From Acidobacteriota bacterium (GTDB taxonomy: Bacteria; Acidobacteriota; Terriglobia; UBA7540), in assembly GCA_037379595.1 (NCBI GenBank), contig JARRJI010000009.1, positions 1-58,920 of the forward strand: DNA of 58,920 nt. The letters run 5' to 3'. The notes below the pieces were generated by a model that saw nothing but the letters and a program-made list of their open reading frames with translations, had not been told where the DNA came from and made no database searches. Positions within the stretch are counted from its first letter, which is position 1. Every line of letters begins with the position of its first letter. Position numbers and translations under genes: made by a program. Below, in pieces: positions 45,992-57,090 of this stretch.

Positions 45992-47290
45992 GTGGAATCT
46001 GAGACTTGTAAGCAAGAACTCGTAATTGAAATACCCCCTGATATTGTCAAACAGGAATCTGAGGCAGTGACCGCTCAGTACCGTCGTTTGGCTCGAATTC
46101 CGGGCTTTCGGCCCGGCCATGCACCCGCTTCGATTGTGCGGCGTCACTTCAAGGATGACATTCGGAATGAAGTGGTGCAGACTCTCCTGCCCAGGTATTT
46201 TGAGACTGCCGTCAAAGACAAGAAACTGTCGATCATCGGGCGGCCGCACTTTGACGATTTAAAGTTTGAGGAGGACAGTCCGCTGACCTGCACGGCCACG
46301 TTTGAGGTCCTTCCTGAGTTTGAGCTGAAAGACTACAAAGGACTTGAAGTGGAGGAAGGGCCGACGGAGGTGACGGAAACCGACCTGGACCAGACGCTGA
46401 AGGAACTGCAACGGCGCGCGGCTACCTTTGAGCCAGCGGAGGACCGCCCGGCCCAGGACGGCGATTTCGTTACAGTGAACTACCGTGGCGTGGACAGCGC
46501 TGATCCGTCCGGCAAGCCTCTGGAGGCGAATGACGCGATGGTGCATCTGGCGGGCGAAGGGACAGTGCCCGCCTTCACTGAGAATTTGCGCGGCGCAAAG
46601 CCGGGTGACGTCCGGGATTTTGAAGTGAGCTACCCCGAGGATTACAACACGAAGGAACTGGCGGGAAAGACTCTGAGCTACCACGTGGAGGTCCTCAGCC
46701 TTAAGAAGGAAGTCGTCCCCGAACTGGATGACGAGTTTGCTAAGTCCGTCAGCGAATTCAAGACACTCGAGGAGCTGAAAGCAAAGATTTCTGAAAATCT
46801 TGCCGCGCGCAAGAAGCATGACGTGGAGGCGGCCTCCAAGCGCAATCTGCTGGACCAGTTGGTAAGCGCACACAGTTTCCCTTTGCCGGATACACTGGTG
46901 CAGTCACAGATTGACGCCCGGCTGGAAAGCTTCCTGAGCCGCCTGATTTCCCAGGGCATTGATCCGCGAACCGTGGGCCTTGACTGGGAGAGGCTGCGGG
47001 ATGAGGGAAGACCTGAGGCGGAGAAAGACGTTCGGGGCTCGCTGATACTGGAAAAGGTGGCCGAAACCGAGGCGATGGAAGTTTCCGAAGACGAGATTGA
47101 CGAGTTGATTCGCGACGTGGCGCAGGAGCGCCATGAAGCGCCGGCAGCGGTCAAGACTCGCTTGACACGTGATAACGAGCTTCCTAGAATTAAGCGTAGG
47201 CTCCGCAACCAGAAGGCGCTGGATTTCATCTATCAAAACGCTAAAATCAAGCCAAAATCCGAGACCGTTCAGGACCAAGCCGAAGGGTAA
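45992..47290 (+). CDS. tig: trigger factor
   Basis: GTG start. ...LVIEIPPDIVKQESEAVTAQYRRLARIPGFRPGHAPASIVRRHF... PPIase and C-terminal arms. Conserved tig-clpP-clpX-lon context. Confidence 0.9.
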   Translation: MESETCKQELVIEIPPDIVKQESEAVTAQYRRLARIPGFRPGHAPASIVRRHFKDDIRNEVVQTLLPRYFETAVKDKKLSIIGRPHFDDLKFEEDSPLTCTATFEVLPEFELKDYKGLEVEEGPTEVTETDLDQTLKELQRRAATFEPAEDRPAQDGDFVTVNYRGVDSADPSGKPLEANDAMVHLAGEGTVPAFTENLRGAKPGDVRDFEVSYPEDYNTKELAGKTLSYHVEVLSLKKEVVPELDDEFAKSVSEFKTLEELKAKISENLAARKKHDVEAASKRNLLDQLVSAHSFPLPDTLVQSQIDARLESFLSRLISQGIDPRTVGLDWERLRDEGRPEAEKDVRGSLILEKVAETEAMEVSEDEIDELIRDVAQERHEAPAAVKTRLTRDNELPRIKRRLRNQKALDFIYQNAKIKPKSETVQDQAEG

Positions 47291-47305
47291 AGGCAGGGAG
47301 CTTTG

Positions 47306-47914
47306 ATGAGCATGGAAAGTCCAACGATGACACTAGTTCCGATGGTGGTTGAGCAGACCAATCGTGGCGAGCGCGCCTATGACATTTATTCCCGGCTCCT
47401 GCGCGATAATATTATTTTCATCGGGACCCCGATTGATGATAATGTTGCAAATCTGGTGACGGCGCAGCTTCTCTTCCTCGAGGCAGAGGACCCTGAAAAG
47501 GACGTTTCGCTCTATATTAATTCGCCCGGCGGCGTGGTGACAGCGGGAATGGCGATTTACGACACGATGCAGTTTATCCGTCCGGATGTGGCCACGATCT
47601 GCATCGGGCAGGCCGCCAGCGTCGCGGCGCTGCTGCTTTCAGCCGGAACTCAGGGGAAGCGCTTCGCGCTGCCGAATTCACGAGTCCTGATCCATCAGCC
47701 GACCATGGGAGGGCTCTCCGGCCAGGCCACCGATATCGATATTCATGCGCGGGAAATTTTGCGGGTTCGCGCCAGTCTGAATGAGATTATGGCCAAACAC
47801 ACAGGCCAACCGCTCGAAAAGGTCGAGCGGGATGTTGAACGTGACTTCTGGATGAGTGCTGAACAGGCTCGCGAATATGGGATATTGGATGAGATTATAC
47901 AGAAGCACAAATAG
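47306..47914 (+). CDS. clpP: ATP-dependent Clp protease proteolytic subunit
   Basis: [27 protein letters not shown]...[20 protein letters not shown]...[11 protein letters not shown]...LIHQP. ATG 47306 (GGGAG 5 nt upstream) is preferred to TTG 47303. Confidence 0.95.
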   Translation: MSMESPTMTLVPMVVEQTNRGERAYDIYSRLLRDNIIFIGTPIDDNVANLVTAQLLFLEAEDPEKDVSLYINSPGGVVTAGMAIYDTMQFIRPDVATICIGQAASVAALLLSAGTQGKRFALPNSRVLIHQPTMGGLSGQATDIDIHAREILRVRASLNEIMAKHTGQPLEKVERDVERDFWMSAEQAREYGILDEIIQKHK

Positions 47915-47929
47915 CGAAGGAGACCTTAC

Positions 47930-49192
47930 TTGAAACGTATTGTTTCAGAAGAAATACTTCGTTGCTCATTCTGCCAGAAGACCCAAGATGCAGTAGGAAA
48001 GTTAATATCCTCACCTGGTGATCACCCTCGAGCTTATATCTGTGACGAATGTGTAGCGATTTGTAACACTATATTGGAAGAAGATCAGGCGGAACGTGTT
48101 CCAACGGTTGAGGCCAAGCTGCCGCGACCGGCAGAAGTCAAACGTTTTCTGGATGAGTATGTCATCGGGCAGGACAAGGCTAAAAAGAAACTGGCCGTGG
48201 CCGTCTATAACCACTACAAGCGCATCATGCTGACCAAGGTGCGTGATGATGTGGAACTGACCAAGTCCAACATCCTGCTGATCGGGCCAACCGGGACTGG
48301 CAAGACGCTTCTGGCCCAGACCCTGGCGCGGCTTCTGGAAGTGCCTTTTGCGATTGTCGATGCTACGACGCTGACCGAAGCCGGTTACGTCGGCGAAGAC
48401 GTTGAAAACATCATCCTGAAGCTGCTTCAGAACGCTCAGGGCGATGTCCAGCGGGCCCAGCAGGGGATCATCTACATCGATGAAATCGACAAGGTTTCCC
48501 GGAAGGACGAAAACCCGTCGATTACCCGCGATGTTTCGGGCGAGGGTGTCCAGCAGGCTCTGCTGAAGATCCTGGAAGGGACCGTCGCCAACGTGCCGCC
48601 GCAGGGCGGTCGCAAGCACCCGCACCAGGAATTCACCGCGGTGGATACGACGAACATCCTGTTCATCTGCGGCGGAGCGTTTGTCGGCTTGGAAAAGATC
48701 ATCGAGCGCCGGACGGGAAAGCGATCCTTAGGGTTTCACACGGGTGAAGAGGTTCCTGAAGTGCTCGGCGGACGGCGCAACATTGAACTGCTGGAGCAGG
48801 CGCAGCCGATGGACCTGATTCATTACGGCATGATCCCGGAATTCGTGGGACGTCTTCCAGTGGTCAGCGTGCTGAGCGACCTGGACGAGAAGGCGCTGGT
48901 TGAGATTCTGACGGTGCCCAAGAACGCGCTTGTCCGGCAATACCAGCGGCTGTTCGAATACGAGAACGTCAAACTGAAGTTTACCGAAGGGGCTTTGCGG
49001 GCGATTTCCGCCCAGGCTCTGGAGCGCAAGCTGGGAGCCCGGGGGCTCCGCATGATCCTTGAAGACCTGATGCTGGACTTGATGTACCATATGCCCAGTC
49101 AGCGCACCCTCCGCGAGTTTGTGGTGACAGAGGAAATGGTTCTCAAGCACGAAATTCTCTTTGATCCGTCTCTTTTTGAGAAGGCGAGTTAA
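47930..49192 (+). CDS. clpX: ATP-dependent Clp protease ATP-binding subunit ClpX
   Basis: TTG start after AAGGAG. Zinc finger CSFCQK...CDECV, Walker [17 protein letters not shown], and IYIDEIDK. Confidence 0.95.
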   Translation: MKRIVSEEILRCSFCQKTQDAVGKLISSPGDHPRAYICDECVAICNTILEEDQAERVPTVEAKLPRPAEVKRFLDEYVIGQDKAKKKLAVAVYNHYKRIMLTKVRDDVELTKSNILLIGPTGTGKTLLAQTLARLLEVPFAIVDATTLTEAGYVGEDVENIILKLLQNAQGDVQRAQQGIIYIDEIDKVSRKDENPSITRDVSGEGVQQALLKILEGTVANVPPQGGRKHPHQEFTAVDTTNILFICGGAFVGLEKIIERRTGKRSLGFHTGEEVPEVLGGRRNIELLEQAQPMDLIHYGMIPEFVGRLPVVSVLSDLDEKALVEILTVPKNALVRQYQRLFEYENVKLKFTEGALRAISAQALERKLGARGLRMILEDLMLDLMYHMPSQRTLREFVVTEEMVLKHEILFDPSLFEKAS

Positions 49193-51621
49193 TGGATTCA
49201 ACTATGTTTTCAGGCCGAGAAAAAGGGGAAACCCGCACTCTTCCGATGATGCCCATCCGCGATGTCGTCATCTTTCCCTACATGATGACCCCGTTTGTGG
49301 TGGGACGCGAAAGCTCCATCCGGGCCCTCGAGGACGCTCTGGCTGGCGACAAGAAGATCTTTCTTGCCACCCAGCACGACGCCTCGGTCGACGATCCCAA
49401 ACCGAATGACATCTACCAGGTGGGGACCATCGCCAACATCATCCAGAGCCTCAAACTGCCGGACGGTAACATCAAAGTTCTGGTGGAAGGGAGCGATCGC
49501 GGCAAGATCCTGAAGGTTTCGAGCGAGGAAGGCTACTTCCGCGCCAGCGTCAAGACGTCAACCTTCCGCATCGTGAGCACGCCCAGCCTCGAACAGCTTG
49601 TCCAGCGCGTGATTTCGCTCTTTGAACAGTACGTCAAGCTTTCTCAGAGCCTGAACTACGAGACGATGATCGCCACTGCCAAAGTGGAGGAAATCAGCAA
49701 GTTTACCGACACGGTGGCAGCCAATCTGAACATCAGCATTGAAGAAAAACAGGAGTTGCTGGAACTTTTCGATCCCGTCGATCGACTGACGCGGCTGGCG
49801 GACATCCTGGATATTGAGATCGAGAAGCTGAATGTCGACCGCTCCATCCAGGGGCGCGTGAAACGCCAGATGGAGCGCGCTCAGCGCGAGTATTACCTGA
49901 ACGAGAAAATCAAGGCGATTCAGAAGGAGCTTGGTCGGAACGAGAAGAGCGAACTCGACGAGTTGAAGAAGAAGGTCGAGACGGCGGGCATGACGAAAGA
50001 CGCCCACGATAAGGCCATGACGGAAATCAAGCGTCTGGAACAGATGCCTCCGATGTCCGCGGAGTCCACCGTTTCGCGAAATTATCTCGACTGGCTGCTG
50101 GCTGTCCCCTGGAAAAAGAAATCCAAAGAGATTCGGAACATCCGGCGCGCGGAAAAGATTCTGAACGAAGACCACTACGGGCTGGAGAAGATCAAGGAGC
50201 GTATTCTGGAGTTCCTGGCGGTCCGCCAATTAGTGAAGACTCCGCGCGGGTCCATCCTCTGCTTTGTGGGGCCTCCCGGAGTCGGGAAGACTTCACTGGG
50301 ACGCTCGATTGCGCGCGCCACGGGAAGAAAGTTTGTGCGCCTGTCGCTCGGAGGTGTTCGCGACGAGGCTGAAATCCGTGGCCACCGCAGGACTTATATC
50401 GGAGCTTTGCCCGGGCAAATCATCCAGATGATGAAGAAGAGCGGGACGGTTAACCCGGTCTTCCTGCTCGACGAAGTGGATAAGATGAGCATGGACTTCC
50501 GCGGCGATCCTTCAGCGGCCCTGCTTGAAGTGCTCGACCCCGAGCAGAACCACATGTTCGCGGACCATTACCTGGACGTTGAGTACGATCTTTCTAAGGT
50601 TTTCTTCATCACCACGGCGAACGTGATCCACACGATACCGCAGCCACTCCAGGACCGCATGGAGATCCTGCGACTGTCTGGCTATACAGAACCCGAAAAA
50701 CTGGAAATCGCCAAGCGCTTCCTGGTGCCTAAACAACTGGGGGCCACCGGCCTGAAAGAGCACAACCTGAAGTTTGAGGATAGCGCCATTATCGGCATCA
50801 TTCGTAACTACACGCGTGAGGCCGGCGTCCGGAACCTGGAGCGCGAGATTGCCAATATCAGCCGCAAGGTTGCGCGAAAGGTTGTCCAGGAGGGCCGCGA
50901 GCTGAAGGTGGCCGTCAAAGCGGGGGACCTTCACGAATACCTGGGCGTCATCAAGTTTCGTGATACAAAGGCCGAAGAAAAGAATGAAGTGGGTCTCGCC
51001 ACCGGGTTGGCATGGACCGAAGTGGGAGGCCAGATCCTGAATATTGAAGCCACGGTGATGCCGGGCAAAGGCAAGCTGACCCTGACCGGCAAACTGGGCG
51101 ACGTGATGCAGGAATCTGCGCAGGCCGCAATGAGTTATGTCCGCTCACGGGCCTCGCGGCTGGGTTTGCCGCCGGACTTTTATCGCCGCGTGGATATTCA
51201 TATTCACGTTCCGGAAGGGGCTATCCCCAAGGACGGCCCTTCAGCAGGCATCACGCTGGCCACGGCGGTGGTCAGCGCCCTGACCAAGATTCCGGTGGAC
51301 CGGGACATCGCCATGACGGGTGAAATCACCTTGCGGGGCAAGGTGTTGCCCATCGGCGGGGTGAAGGAGAAGATCCTGGCTGCCCACCGGGCCGGCAACC
51401 GGACCGTGCTTCTGCCGCGCGACAACGAAAAGGATCTTTCGGAAATTCCGGAAAATATTCAGGAAGATCTCGCCATCCGGTTCCTTGAGACGATGGACGA
51501 GGTTCTCGACCTGGCGCTCGAACGGAAGATCGAAGGAATCTCAACTCTTGTAGCTGAACCGGAAGAGGCCCCACGGCTTGATACCCCGCTGGAGACCGAC
51601 CGGGAGTCCCTGACGAACTAG
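49192..51621 (+). CDS. lon: Lon protease (LonA)
   Basis: TAATG overlap with clpX. N-domain [15 protein letters not shown], Walker [16 protein letters not shown], and protease domain [17 protein letters not shown]. Confidence 0.95.
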   Translation: MDSTMFSGREKGETRTLPMMPIRDVVIFPYMMTPFVVGRESSIRALEDALAGDKKIFLATQHDASVDDPKPNDIYQVGTIANIIQSLKLPDGNIKVLVEGSDRGKILKVSSEEGYFRASVKTSTFRIVSTPSLEQLVQRVISLFEQYVKLSQSLNYETMIATAKVEEISKFTDTVAANLNISIEEKQELLELFDPVDRLTRLADILDIEIEKLNVDRSIQGRVKRQMERAQREYYLNEKIKAIQKELGRNEKSELDELKKKVETAGMTKDAHDKAMTEIKRLEQMPPMSAESTVSRNYLDWLLAVPWKKKSKEIRNIRRAEKILNEDHYGLEKIKERILEFLAVRQLVKTPRGSILCFVGPPGVGKTSLGRSIARATGRKFVRLSLGGVRDEAEIRGHRRTYIGALPGQIIQMMKKSGTVNPVFLLDEVDKMSMDFRGDPSAALLEVLDPEQNHMFADHYLDVEYDLSKVFFITTANVIHTIPQPLQDRMEILRLSGYTEPEKLEIAKRFLVPKQLGATGLKEHNLKFEDSAIIGIIRNYTREAGVRNLEREIANISRKVARKVVQEGRELKVAVKAGDLHEYLGVIKFRDTKAEEKNEVGLATGLAWTEVGGQILNIEATVMPGKGKLTLTGKLGDVMQESAQAAMSYVRSRASRLGLPPDFYRRVDIHIHVPEGAIPKDGPSAGITLATAVVSALTKIPVDRDIAMTGEITLRGKVLPIGGVKEKILAAHRAGNRTVLLPRDNEKDLSEIPENIQEDLAIRFLETMDEVLDLALERKIEGISTLVAEPEEAPRLDTPLETDRESLTN

Positions 51622-52029
51622 CGATGTCTCAATCGAACGTGCAGGGAAAGAAACGCCGTCGCTCGAACCATGAGATGGCCGTGAGGCGTACCGGAATTCA
51701 TACCGAACCAATGGTACGGCGTCGGAGATTGAATGTGACTCCGATGGATTTTAGTAGCCGGGCGATCCCCGGCGTATAGGCGTCCACCCAGGACGGGAAT
51801 TGGGTTTTTCTCGCTGCGTCAGTAGGTAGTACCAATTGATCCAAACCAACTCGGATTGATAAACCTGGAAACCACTGCCGAGGACTATACCATTCGGAAT
51901 TCTGCTGACTTGCCTTTTTGAGAAGTTCAACTCACCTTCTGGCACTGTTAAGGATCAGCAGGAAATACTCCGTTCTTAATAAGGGAATCTTTTTAGGGTT
52001 CTAAATTAAATCGAAGCTGAGAGAGTAAC

Positions 52030-53364
52030 ATGCCGTCTAAAAAACAGGAAGAAAAGCCAATCGTTGTGCAGGAAGAGAAAATCGAGGAGCTGAAAGAAAG
52101 CGAAGTCCTCGATATTGCGAAACTGAAAGAAATGAATATCGCGACGCTGACCCAGGTGGCCAAAGACCTGGGGGTAGCCGGAGCCACGGGAATGCGGAAG
52201 CAGGAGCTGATCTTTAAGATCCTGCAGGCGCAGACCGAGAAGGCCGGACTGATCTTTTCGGAAGGAGTGCTGGAGTGCCTGCCGGACGGATTCGGCTTCC
52301 TTCGGGCGCCCGACTACAACTATTTGCCGGGACCGGACGATATCTATGTCTCGCCGTCGCAGATTCGCAAATTTGACCTGCGCACCGGTGACACGGTTTC
52401 CGGGCAGATCCGTCCTCCGAAGGAAGGCGAGCGCTACTTTGCGCTGATCAAGGTGGAGGCCATCAACTTTGAGCCCCCCGACGAGGCGCGAAACAAGATC
52501 TTCTTCGACAACCTGACCCCGCTCTATCCGCAGGAGCGTCTGCGTCTGGAGACCGCAAAGGACAACATCTCGGCGCGCGTGCTCGACCTGCTGACGCCCA
52601 TCGGCAAGGGGCAGCGCGGTTTGATCGTTTCTCCGCCGCGGACCGGCAAAACCATGTTGCTGCAGACCATTGCCAACTCCGTGACCGCGAACCACCCCGA
52701 AGTCACCTTGATCGTGCTGCTGATTGACGAGCGGCCGGAAGAAGTGACCGATATGCAGCGGACCGTCGAGGGTGAAGTGATCAGCTCCACGTTTGACGAG
52801 CCGGCCGCCCGCCACGTCCAGGTGGCCGAAATGGTCATCGAGAAGGCCAAGCGGCTGGTTGAGCACAAACGCGATGTGGTGATCCTGCTCGACTCCATCA
52901 CGCGCCTGGCTCGCGCCTACAACACGGTCGTTCCGCCATCGGGCAAGGTGCTTTCCGGCGGCGTCGATTCCAACGCCCTTCAGCGCCCGAAGCGCTTTTT
53001 TGGTTCGGCTCGAAACGTCGAAGAAGGTGGCAGCCTGACCATCATCGCCACGTCCCTGATCGATACCGGAAGCCGTATGGATGACGTGATCTTTGAAGAG
53101 TTCAAAGGTACCGGCAACATGGAAGTTCACCTTGACCGCAAGCTGGTCGACAAGCGCGTTTTCCCGGCCATCGAAATCAACAAGTCGGGCACGCGGAAGG
53201 AAGAACTGCTGGTTCCGAAAGATGAACTCAACCGCATCTGGATCCTGCGCAAGGTGCTGAACCCGCTGTCGCCGGTCGAGTCGATGGAACTGATCATCGA
53301 CAAGCTCTCCAAGACCAAGAGCAACTCCGAGTTCCTTTCTTCCATGTCGAATGGCGGAAGGTAA
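52030..53364 (+). CDS. rho: transcription termination factor Rho
   Basis: GFGFLR, RNA-binding domain, Walker [12 protein letters not shown], and [28 protein letters not shown]. Confidence 0.95.
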   Translation: MPSKKQEEKPIVVQEEKIEELKESEVLDIAKLKEMNIATLTQVAKDLGVAGATGMRKQELIFKILQAQTEKAGLIFSEGVLECLPDGFGFLRAPDYNYLPGPDDIYVSPSQIRKFDLRTGDTVSGQIRPPKEGERYFALIKVEAINFEPPDEARNKIFFDNLTPLYPQERLRLETAKDNISARVLDLLTPIGKGQRGLIVSPPRTGKTMLLQTIANSVTANHPEVTLIVLLIDERPEEVTDMQRTVEGEVISSTFDEPAARHVQVAEMVIEKAKRLVEHKRDVVILLDSITRLARAYNTVVPPSGKVLSGGVDSNALQRPKRFFGSARNVEEGGSLTIIATSLIDTGSRMDDVIFEEFKGTGNMEVHLDRKLVDKRVFPAIEINKSGTRKEELLVPKDELNRIWILRKVLNPLSPVESMELIIDKLSKTKSNSEFLSSMSNGGR

Positions 53365-53396
53365 GAGCCGGTCGGCTTTTTACCTGAAAAGGAAAC

Positions 53397-54095
53397 CTAG
53401 CGCGGGCCCGGCAAATTCTTCTTTCGGGCCAGTTCCAGAATCTGCTCAACAACTTCTTCAGCCGTCAGGCGCGTGGAGTCGAGGGTACAGGCGTCTTCGG
53501 CGGGAATCAGCGGAGAGATCTTTCTTTCTGCATCCAGCTGATCGCGGCTTGAAATCTCCGACATCGTGTCGGTGAGCGTGGACGGGCGTCCCTGCTGGTG
53601 GTTCTGTTGCAGCCTGCGCCGCGCCCGCTCATTCGGCTCAGCCTTGAGAAAGATTTTCAGGGGCGCATCGGGAAAAACCACGGTCCCGATGTCGCGGCCT
53701 TCCATCACTACACCCGGGCTTTTCAGCAGCGATCTTTGCAGGGCGATCAGTTTCTGGCGGACCGCCGGCAACCGGGAGACGCGCGCCGCGGCCAGCGTGA
53801 CTTCGGACGTGCGAATCTTTGCTGTGACGTCTTTCCCGTCCAACAGCACCTGCGGTTGCGGCTGGCGGGGCACAAACCGGATCTCCGCCGAGGCGACCAC
53901 CCGGGCGATTCCTTCTTCATCGTCGGACGCAACGCCGGACTCCAGCACTTTGAGCGCGGCGGCCCGGTAAGTCGCTCCGCTGTCCACGTACGCCAGCCCC
54001 AGGTGTACGGCCAGCATCTGGGCCACCGTGCTTTTTCCCGCACCCGCGGGACCATCAATCGCAATCACAAGAGGGTCTGTCATCAGTTCGTTCAC
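53397..54095 (-). CDS. cmk: cytidylate kinase
   Basis: IAIDGPAGAGKSTVAQMLAVHLGLAYVDSGATYRAAAL...GRDIGTVVFPDA. Confidence 0.9.
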   Translation of the reverse strand: MNELMTDPLVIAIDGPAGAGKSTVAQMLAVHLGLAYVDSGATYRAAALKVLESGVASDDEEGIARVVASAEIRFVPRQPQPQVLLDGKDVTAKIRTSEVTLAAARVSRLPAVRQKLIALQRSLLKSPGVVMEGRDIGTVVFPDAPLKIFLKAEPNERARRRLQQNHQQGRPSTLTDTMSEISSRDQLDAERKISPLIPAEDACTLDSTRLTAEEVVEQILELARKKNLPGPR

Positions 54096-54102
54096 CAGAC
54101 TT

Positions 54103-56061
54103 TCAGATCCGCTTGAAAGCCTTCTGAATCTCCTTCATGTCGTATCGTAAAACGATGGGCCGTCCGTGCGGGCAGGTCATCGGACATTCCGTTTTGCTCA
54201 ATTCGAGTAGCAGCCAGCTCATTTTTTCCTGGTCGAGCGGCATGTTGACTTTGATCGCCGCATGGCAGGCGACCGTGGCGGCGATGCTGCGCCGCAGCTC
54301 GTCGAGGGAAAGCGCGCGCGCCTCGCGCGCCACACCGTCCAGAATTTCGCGCACCAGCTTTTCCACGTCGTCCGGCTGGATATCGGCCGGCGCGGCTTTC
54401 ACGGCCACGCTTCCCTGGCCGAACGGTTCCACTTCAAAGCCATTGGCGGCCAGTTCCTCGGCAATCTGCTGAAAGGTCACCCGCTGTTCGGGCTGCAGGT
54501 CCGCGACGATGGGGATCAGCAGCCGCTGCCCCTCCAGCTTGCTGTTCTTGCGCTGGCGCAGCCGCTGCTCAAACAGAACCCGTTCGTGCGCCACGTGCTG
54601 GTCGATAATCCAAAGGCCTTCCGGATTGGTGGCGACGATAAAGCTGGACTGGATCTGGCCGAGCGGCAGAAGGTCCGCCGGAAGCTCGCCCGTCCTGGGT
54701 TCCGATGAAGCAGGGGCGACCTCAGCGTATGGAGCCGAGCAGGATGCAGGCGCCGCGGGAGCGTAAAGGGAAAGCGCCGCCTCGGCTAGGGGAAGATATC
54801 CGGGCGATGGGTTCGGCCGGGGAGCGGAAAGCTGAAAACTTCTGGGCGGTACCGAGCCATAAGGATCACGCGGCCTTGCTGGCGGCGTCCAGTTTCTTGC
54901 CCCCGGTGGAGATGCTGGCATGTCATTTGTAGGCTCGATCGCATCCTGCCGGTCGCCAGCCTGCGCCGGCCTGCGAATTGGAAACGCCGCAACAGGTCGC
55001 GTCGCCATCAGGGCCTGGAGGACGGAATCGCGAATCAGGTCGTGCACGAACGACGAGTTGCGGAAGCGCACTTCGGCTTTCGACGGGTGGACGTTCACGT
55101 CCACTTCGCCCGGCGGAAGGTCGAGGAAGATCAGCGCGACCGGAAAGATTCCAGCCGGCAGAATATTGCGGTAAGCCTCATTGAGCGCGTGCAGCGCCAG
55201 CCGGTCGCGAATCAGCCGGCGGCTGACAAAAAAGTAGACCTGGTTTCGGTTCAGCCGGTGAACTTCCGGGCGCGAGACAAAACCGGAAATCCTGAAAATC
55301 GGCGAACCCGCGGGCTCGGTTTCCGCCTCCGCTTCCTCGTCGAGGTTCAGGCTGCCGGCAGGTAGCGGCAGGCGGCGTTCAACGGGCCCAAACTCCACCA
55401 GTTGTTCGAGCAACTGCCCGCCCATCACCTGATAAATCCGTTCGCGATGGCTCGCCACGGGTGAGACGTTCAGAATTTCATTCGAAACGGAATTGAGTCG
55501 GAACGATTTGTCGGGATGCGCCAGCGCGTAGTGGGTGACCATGGAAGCGATGTGGCCTAGCTCTGTGGATTCCGACCGCAGAAACTTGCGGCGTGCCGGA
55601 ACGTTGTAAAACAGGCTGTGAGCCTCGATCGTGGTGCCGCAGGGCCGGGCGATCTCCTTGACGTCGCGAAGCTTGCCCCCCGCGAATTCCATCCGCGTGC
55701 CGGCTTCTTCAGAGGCGTGGCGGGTTTCGAGATTCAGCCGGCAGACGGCGGCAATCGAGGGCAGGGCCTCGCCGCGAAATCCCAGCGTCGCGATTTCGTC
55801 CAAATCTTCAGCGGACTTGATCTTGCTGGTGGCGTGGCGCTCAAAGGCCAGCAGAGCATCGTCGCGGGTCATGCCGCTGCCGTCGTCCACCACGCGGATC
55901 AGGCGCTTGCCGCCGCTCTCCACGCGGACCTCGACCTCGCGCGCCCCGGCGTCAATCGAGTTCTCGACAAGCTCCTTGGCCACGGAAGCCGGCCGCTCGA
56001 CCACTTCGCCCGCCGCAATCTTGTTGGCGACGGCTTCGGGAAGGATTCGAATCACAGACAT
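54103..56061 (-). CDS. mutL: DNA mismatch repair protein MutL
   Basis: IRILPEAVANKIAAGEVVERPASVAKELVENSIDAG...DDGSGM...LGFRGEAL. The C-terminal dimerisation domain ends in CPHGRP. Confidence 0.9.
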   Translation of the reverse strand: MSVIRILPEAVANKIAAGEVVERPASVAKELVENSIDAGAREVEVRVESGGKRLIRVVDDGSGMTRDDALLAFERHATSKIKSAEDLDEIATLGFRGEALPSIAAVCRLNLETRHASEEAGTRMEFAGGKLRDVKEIARPCGTTIEAHSLFYNVPARRKFLRSESTELGHIASMVTHYALAHPDKSFRLNSVSNEILNVSPVASHRERIYQVMGGQLLEQLVEFGPVERRLPLPAGSLNLDEEAEAETEPAGSPIFRISGFVSRPEVHRLNRNQVYFFVSRRLIRDRLALHALNEAYRNILPAGIFPVALIFLDLPPGEVDVNVHPSKAEVRFRNSSFVHDLIRDSVLQALMATRPVAAFPIRRPAQAGDRQDAIEPTNDMPASPPGARNWTPPARPRDPYGSVPPRSFQLSAPRPNPSPGYLPLAEAALSLYAPAAPASCSAPYAEVAPASSEPRTGELPADLLPLGQIQSSFIVATNPEGLWIIDQHVAHERVLFEQRLRQRKNSKLEGQRLLIPIVADLQPEQRVTFQQIAEELAANGFEVEPFGQGSVAVKAAPADIQPDDVEKLVREILDGVAREARALSLDELRRSIAATVACHAAIKVNMPLDQEKMSWLLLELSKTECPMTCPHGRPIVLRYDMKEIQKAFKRI

Positions 56062-56071
56062 GCGACAACCT

Positions 56072-56380
56072 TTGCTTCAGGGGCTGAAGCCCCTTTTTGC
56101 TCTCCCCTTTGTTTGTCGGAGCTGAAGCTCCGACCTCCTAAACACCTTCAAGCAAGGCTGTACCTGAGCTAAAGCTCCGCGTCTTTAACGACCTTGATGC
56201 AATGCTGGAGCACTACGCCTCAGGTGGACGACCTTTCCTTCAAAAGCACCCGAACTCTCGTCCCAGATGGAGGCTCGATTACTTCTCCTTTAAACGAAAG
56301 TTCTTTTCTCTTTAGGAGGTCGGAGCTTTAGCTCCGACATTAGGAGCCCGGCTAATAAGGGGCTTCAGCCCCTGAAGCCA
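56072..56380. repeat. REP-like palindrome cluster on the 3' side of the RAYT gene
   Basis: aggggctgaagcccct (56079-56094); gtcggagctgaagctccgac (56115-56134); gagctaaagctc (56166-56177). Inverted copies gtcggagctttagctccgac (56319-56338) and aggggcttcagcccct (56358-56373), the latter encoding the ORF tail ASGAEAPY. Confidence 0.7.
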
Positions 56381-56849
56381 CTCCCAAACGTGATGGCATC
56401 GGGTCCAACTTAAATTTCCCGGATGCAGAGCCAAACTGCCAATCTTCCGGCTTCTCGACCAGCCCAGCTTTCACAGGATTCATCCAAATATACTCCCGCC
56501 TGGCCTGATAGTCAGCCGCATCCCTGATGGTCCAGTCATGAAATCCCGCCTGCCAGACTTCCATCTTATGCCCGCGGACACGGTGAATCTCATGCGAACT
56601 CCCGCCCTTGATCAGCATGATGGCCCTTTCGAGCGACGTTGAGCCGCCCGGTGTTAGGAGCAAGTGGAGATGGTCAGGCATAATGACAAATTCATGAAGC
56701 AGGTATTCGCCACGATCCCGGCAAGACATCAGCCGCCGGAGAACAATTTCGGCAATTTGCGACACCTTGAAGAGTGCGCGGTTCTGCCAGACCTTTGTCG
56801 TCACAAAGTAAGCGCAAGCAGGAGCGGTGCGGTGGATTAGCTTGCCCAT
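56352..56849 (-). CDS. REP-associated tyrosine transposase (IS200/IS605 Y1 family, RAYT-like)
   Basis: MGKLIHRTAPACAYFVTTKVWQNRALF...HEFVIMPDHLHLLLTP (HUH motif)...YIWMNPVKAGLV (catalytic Tyr region). Flanked on both sides by the same palindromes. The track ORF extends to 56933 through a REP copy; ATG 56849 is preferred. Confidence 0.8.
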   Translation of the reverse strand: MGKLIHRTAPACAYFVTTKVWQNRALFKVSQIAEIVLRRLMSCRDRGEYLLHEFVIMPDHLHLLLTPGGSTSLERAIMLIKGGSSHEIHRVRGHKMEVWQAGFHDWTIRDAADYQARREYIWMNPVKAGLVEKPEDWQFGSASGKFKLDPMPSRLGVASGAEAPY

Positions 56850-56851
56850 AT

Positions 56852-57075
56852 TTCCTTCAGGGGCTGAAGCCCCTTCCTGCTCTCCTCCTTTTTGTCGAGC
56901 TAAAGCTCCGCCCCCCTGAACACCTTCAAGCATTGCTGCACCTGAGCTAAAGCTCCGACCCCCTAAACACCCTCAAGCAATGCTGTACTTGAGCGTATGC
57001 TCCGACCTCCTAGTCCGCACCTGCAATGTTAGAGCTAAAGCGCCGACTTCCTGATCCGCTTGAGCAATGTGCCTG
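56852..57075. repeat. REP-like palindrome cluster on the 5' side of the RAYT gene, including about 47-bp tandem units
   Basis: aggggctgaagcccct (56859-56874), then units starting gagctaaagctccg... at 56897, 56944, 56991 and 57032. The first ~108 bp are a direct repeat of 56072-56180. Confidence 0.7.
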
Positions 57076-57090
57076 GAGATACAGCCCGGT

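Noticed and set aside
52006-53130. 374-aa minus-strand ORF
   Set aside because: Antisense shadow of rho.
53365-53385. agcc-ggtc-ggct followed by a T-run after rho as a terminator
   Set aside because: The stem is only 4 bp; insufficient evidence.
56897-57075. Regularly spaced repeats that could be taken for a CRISPR array
   Set aside because: The segments between the palindromes are themselves conserved from unit to unit (no unique spacers). The units are ~47 bp in total, no cas genes are present, and the palindromes match those flanking the RAYT gene.
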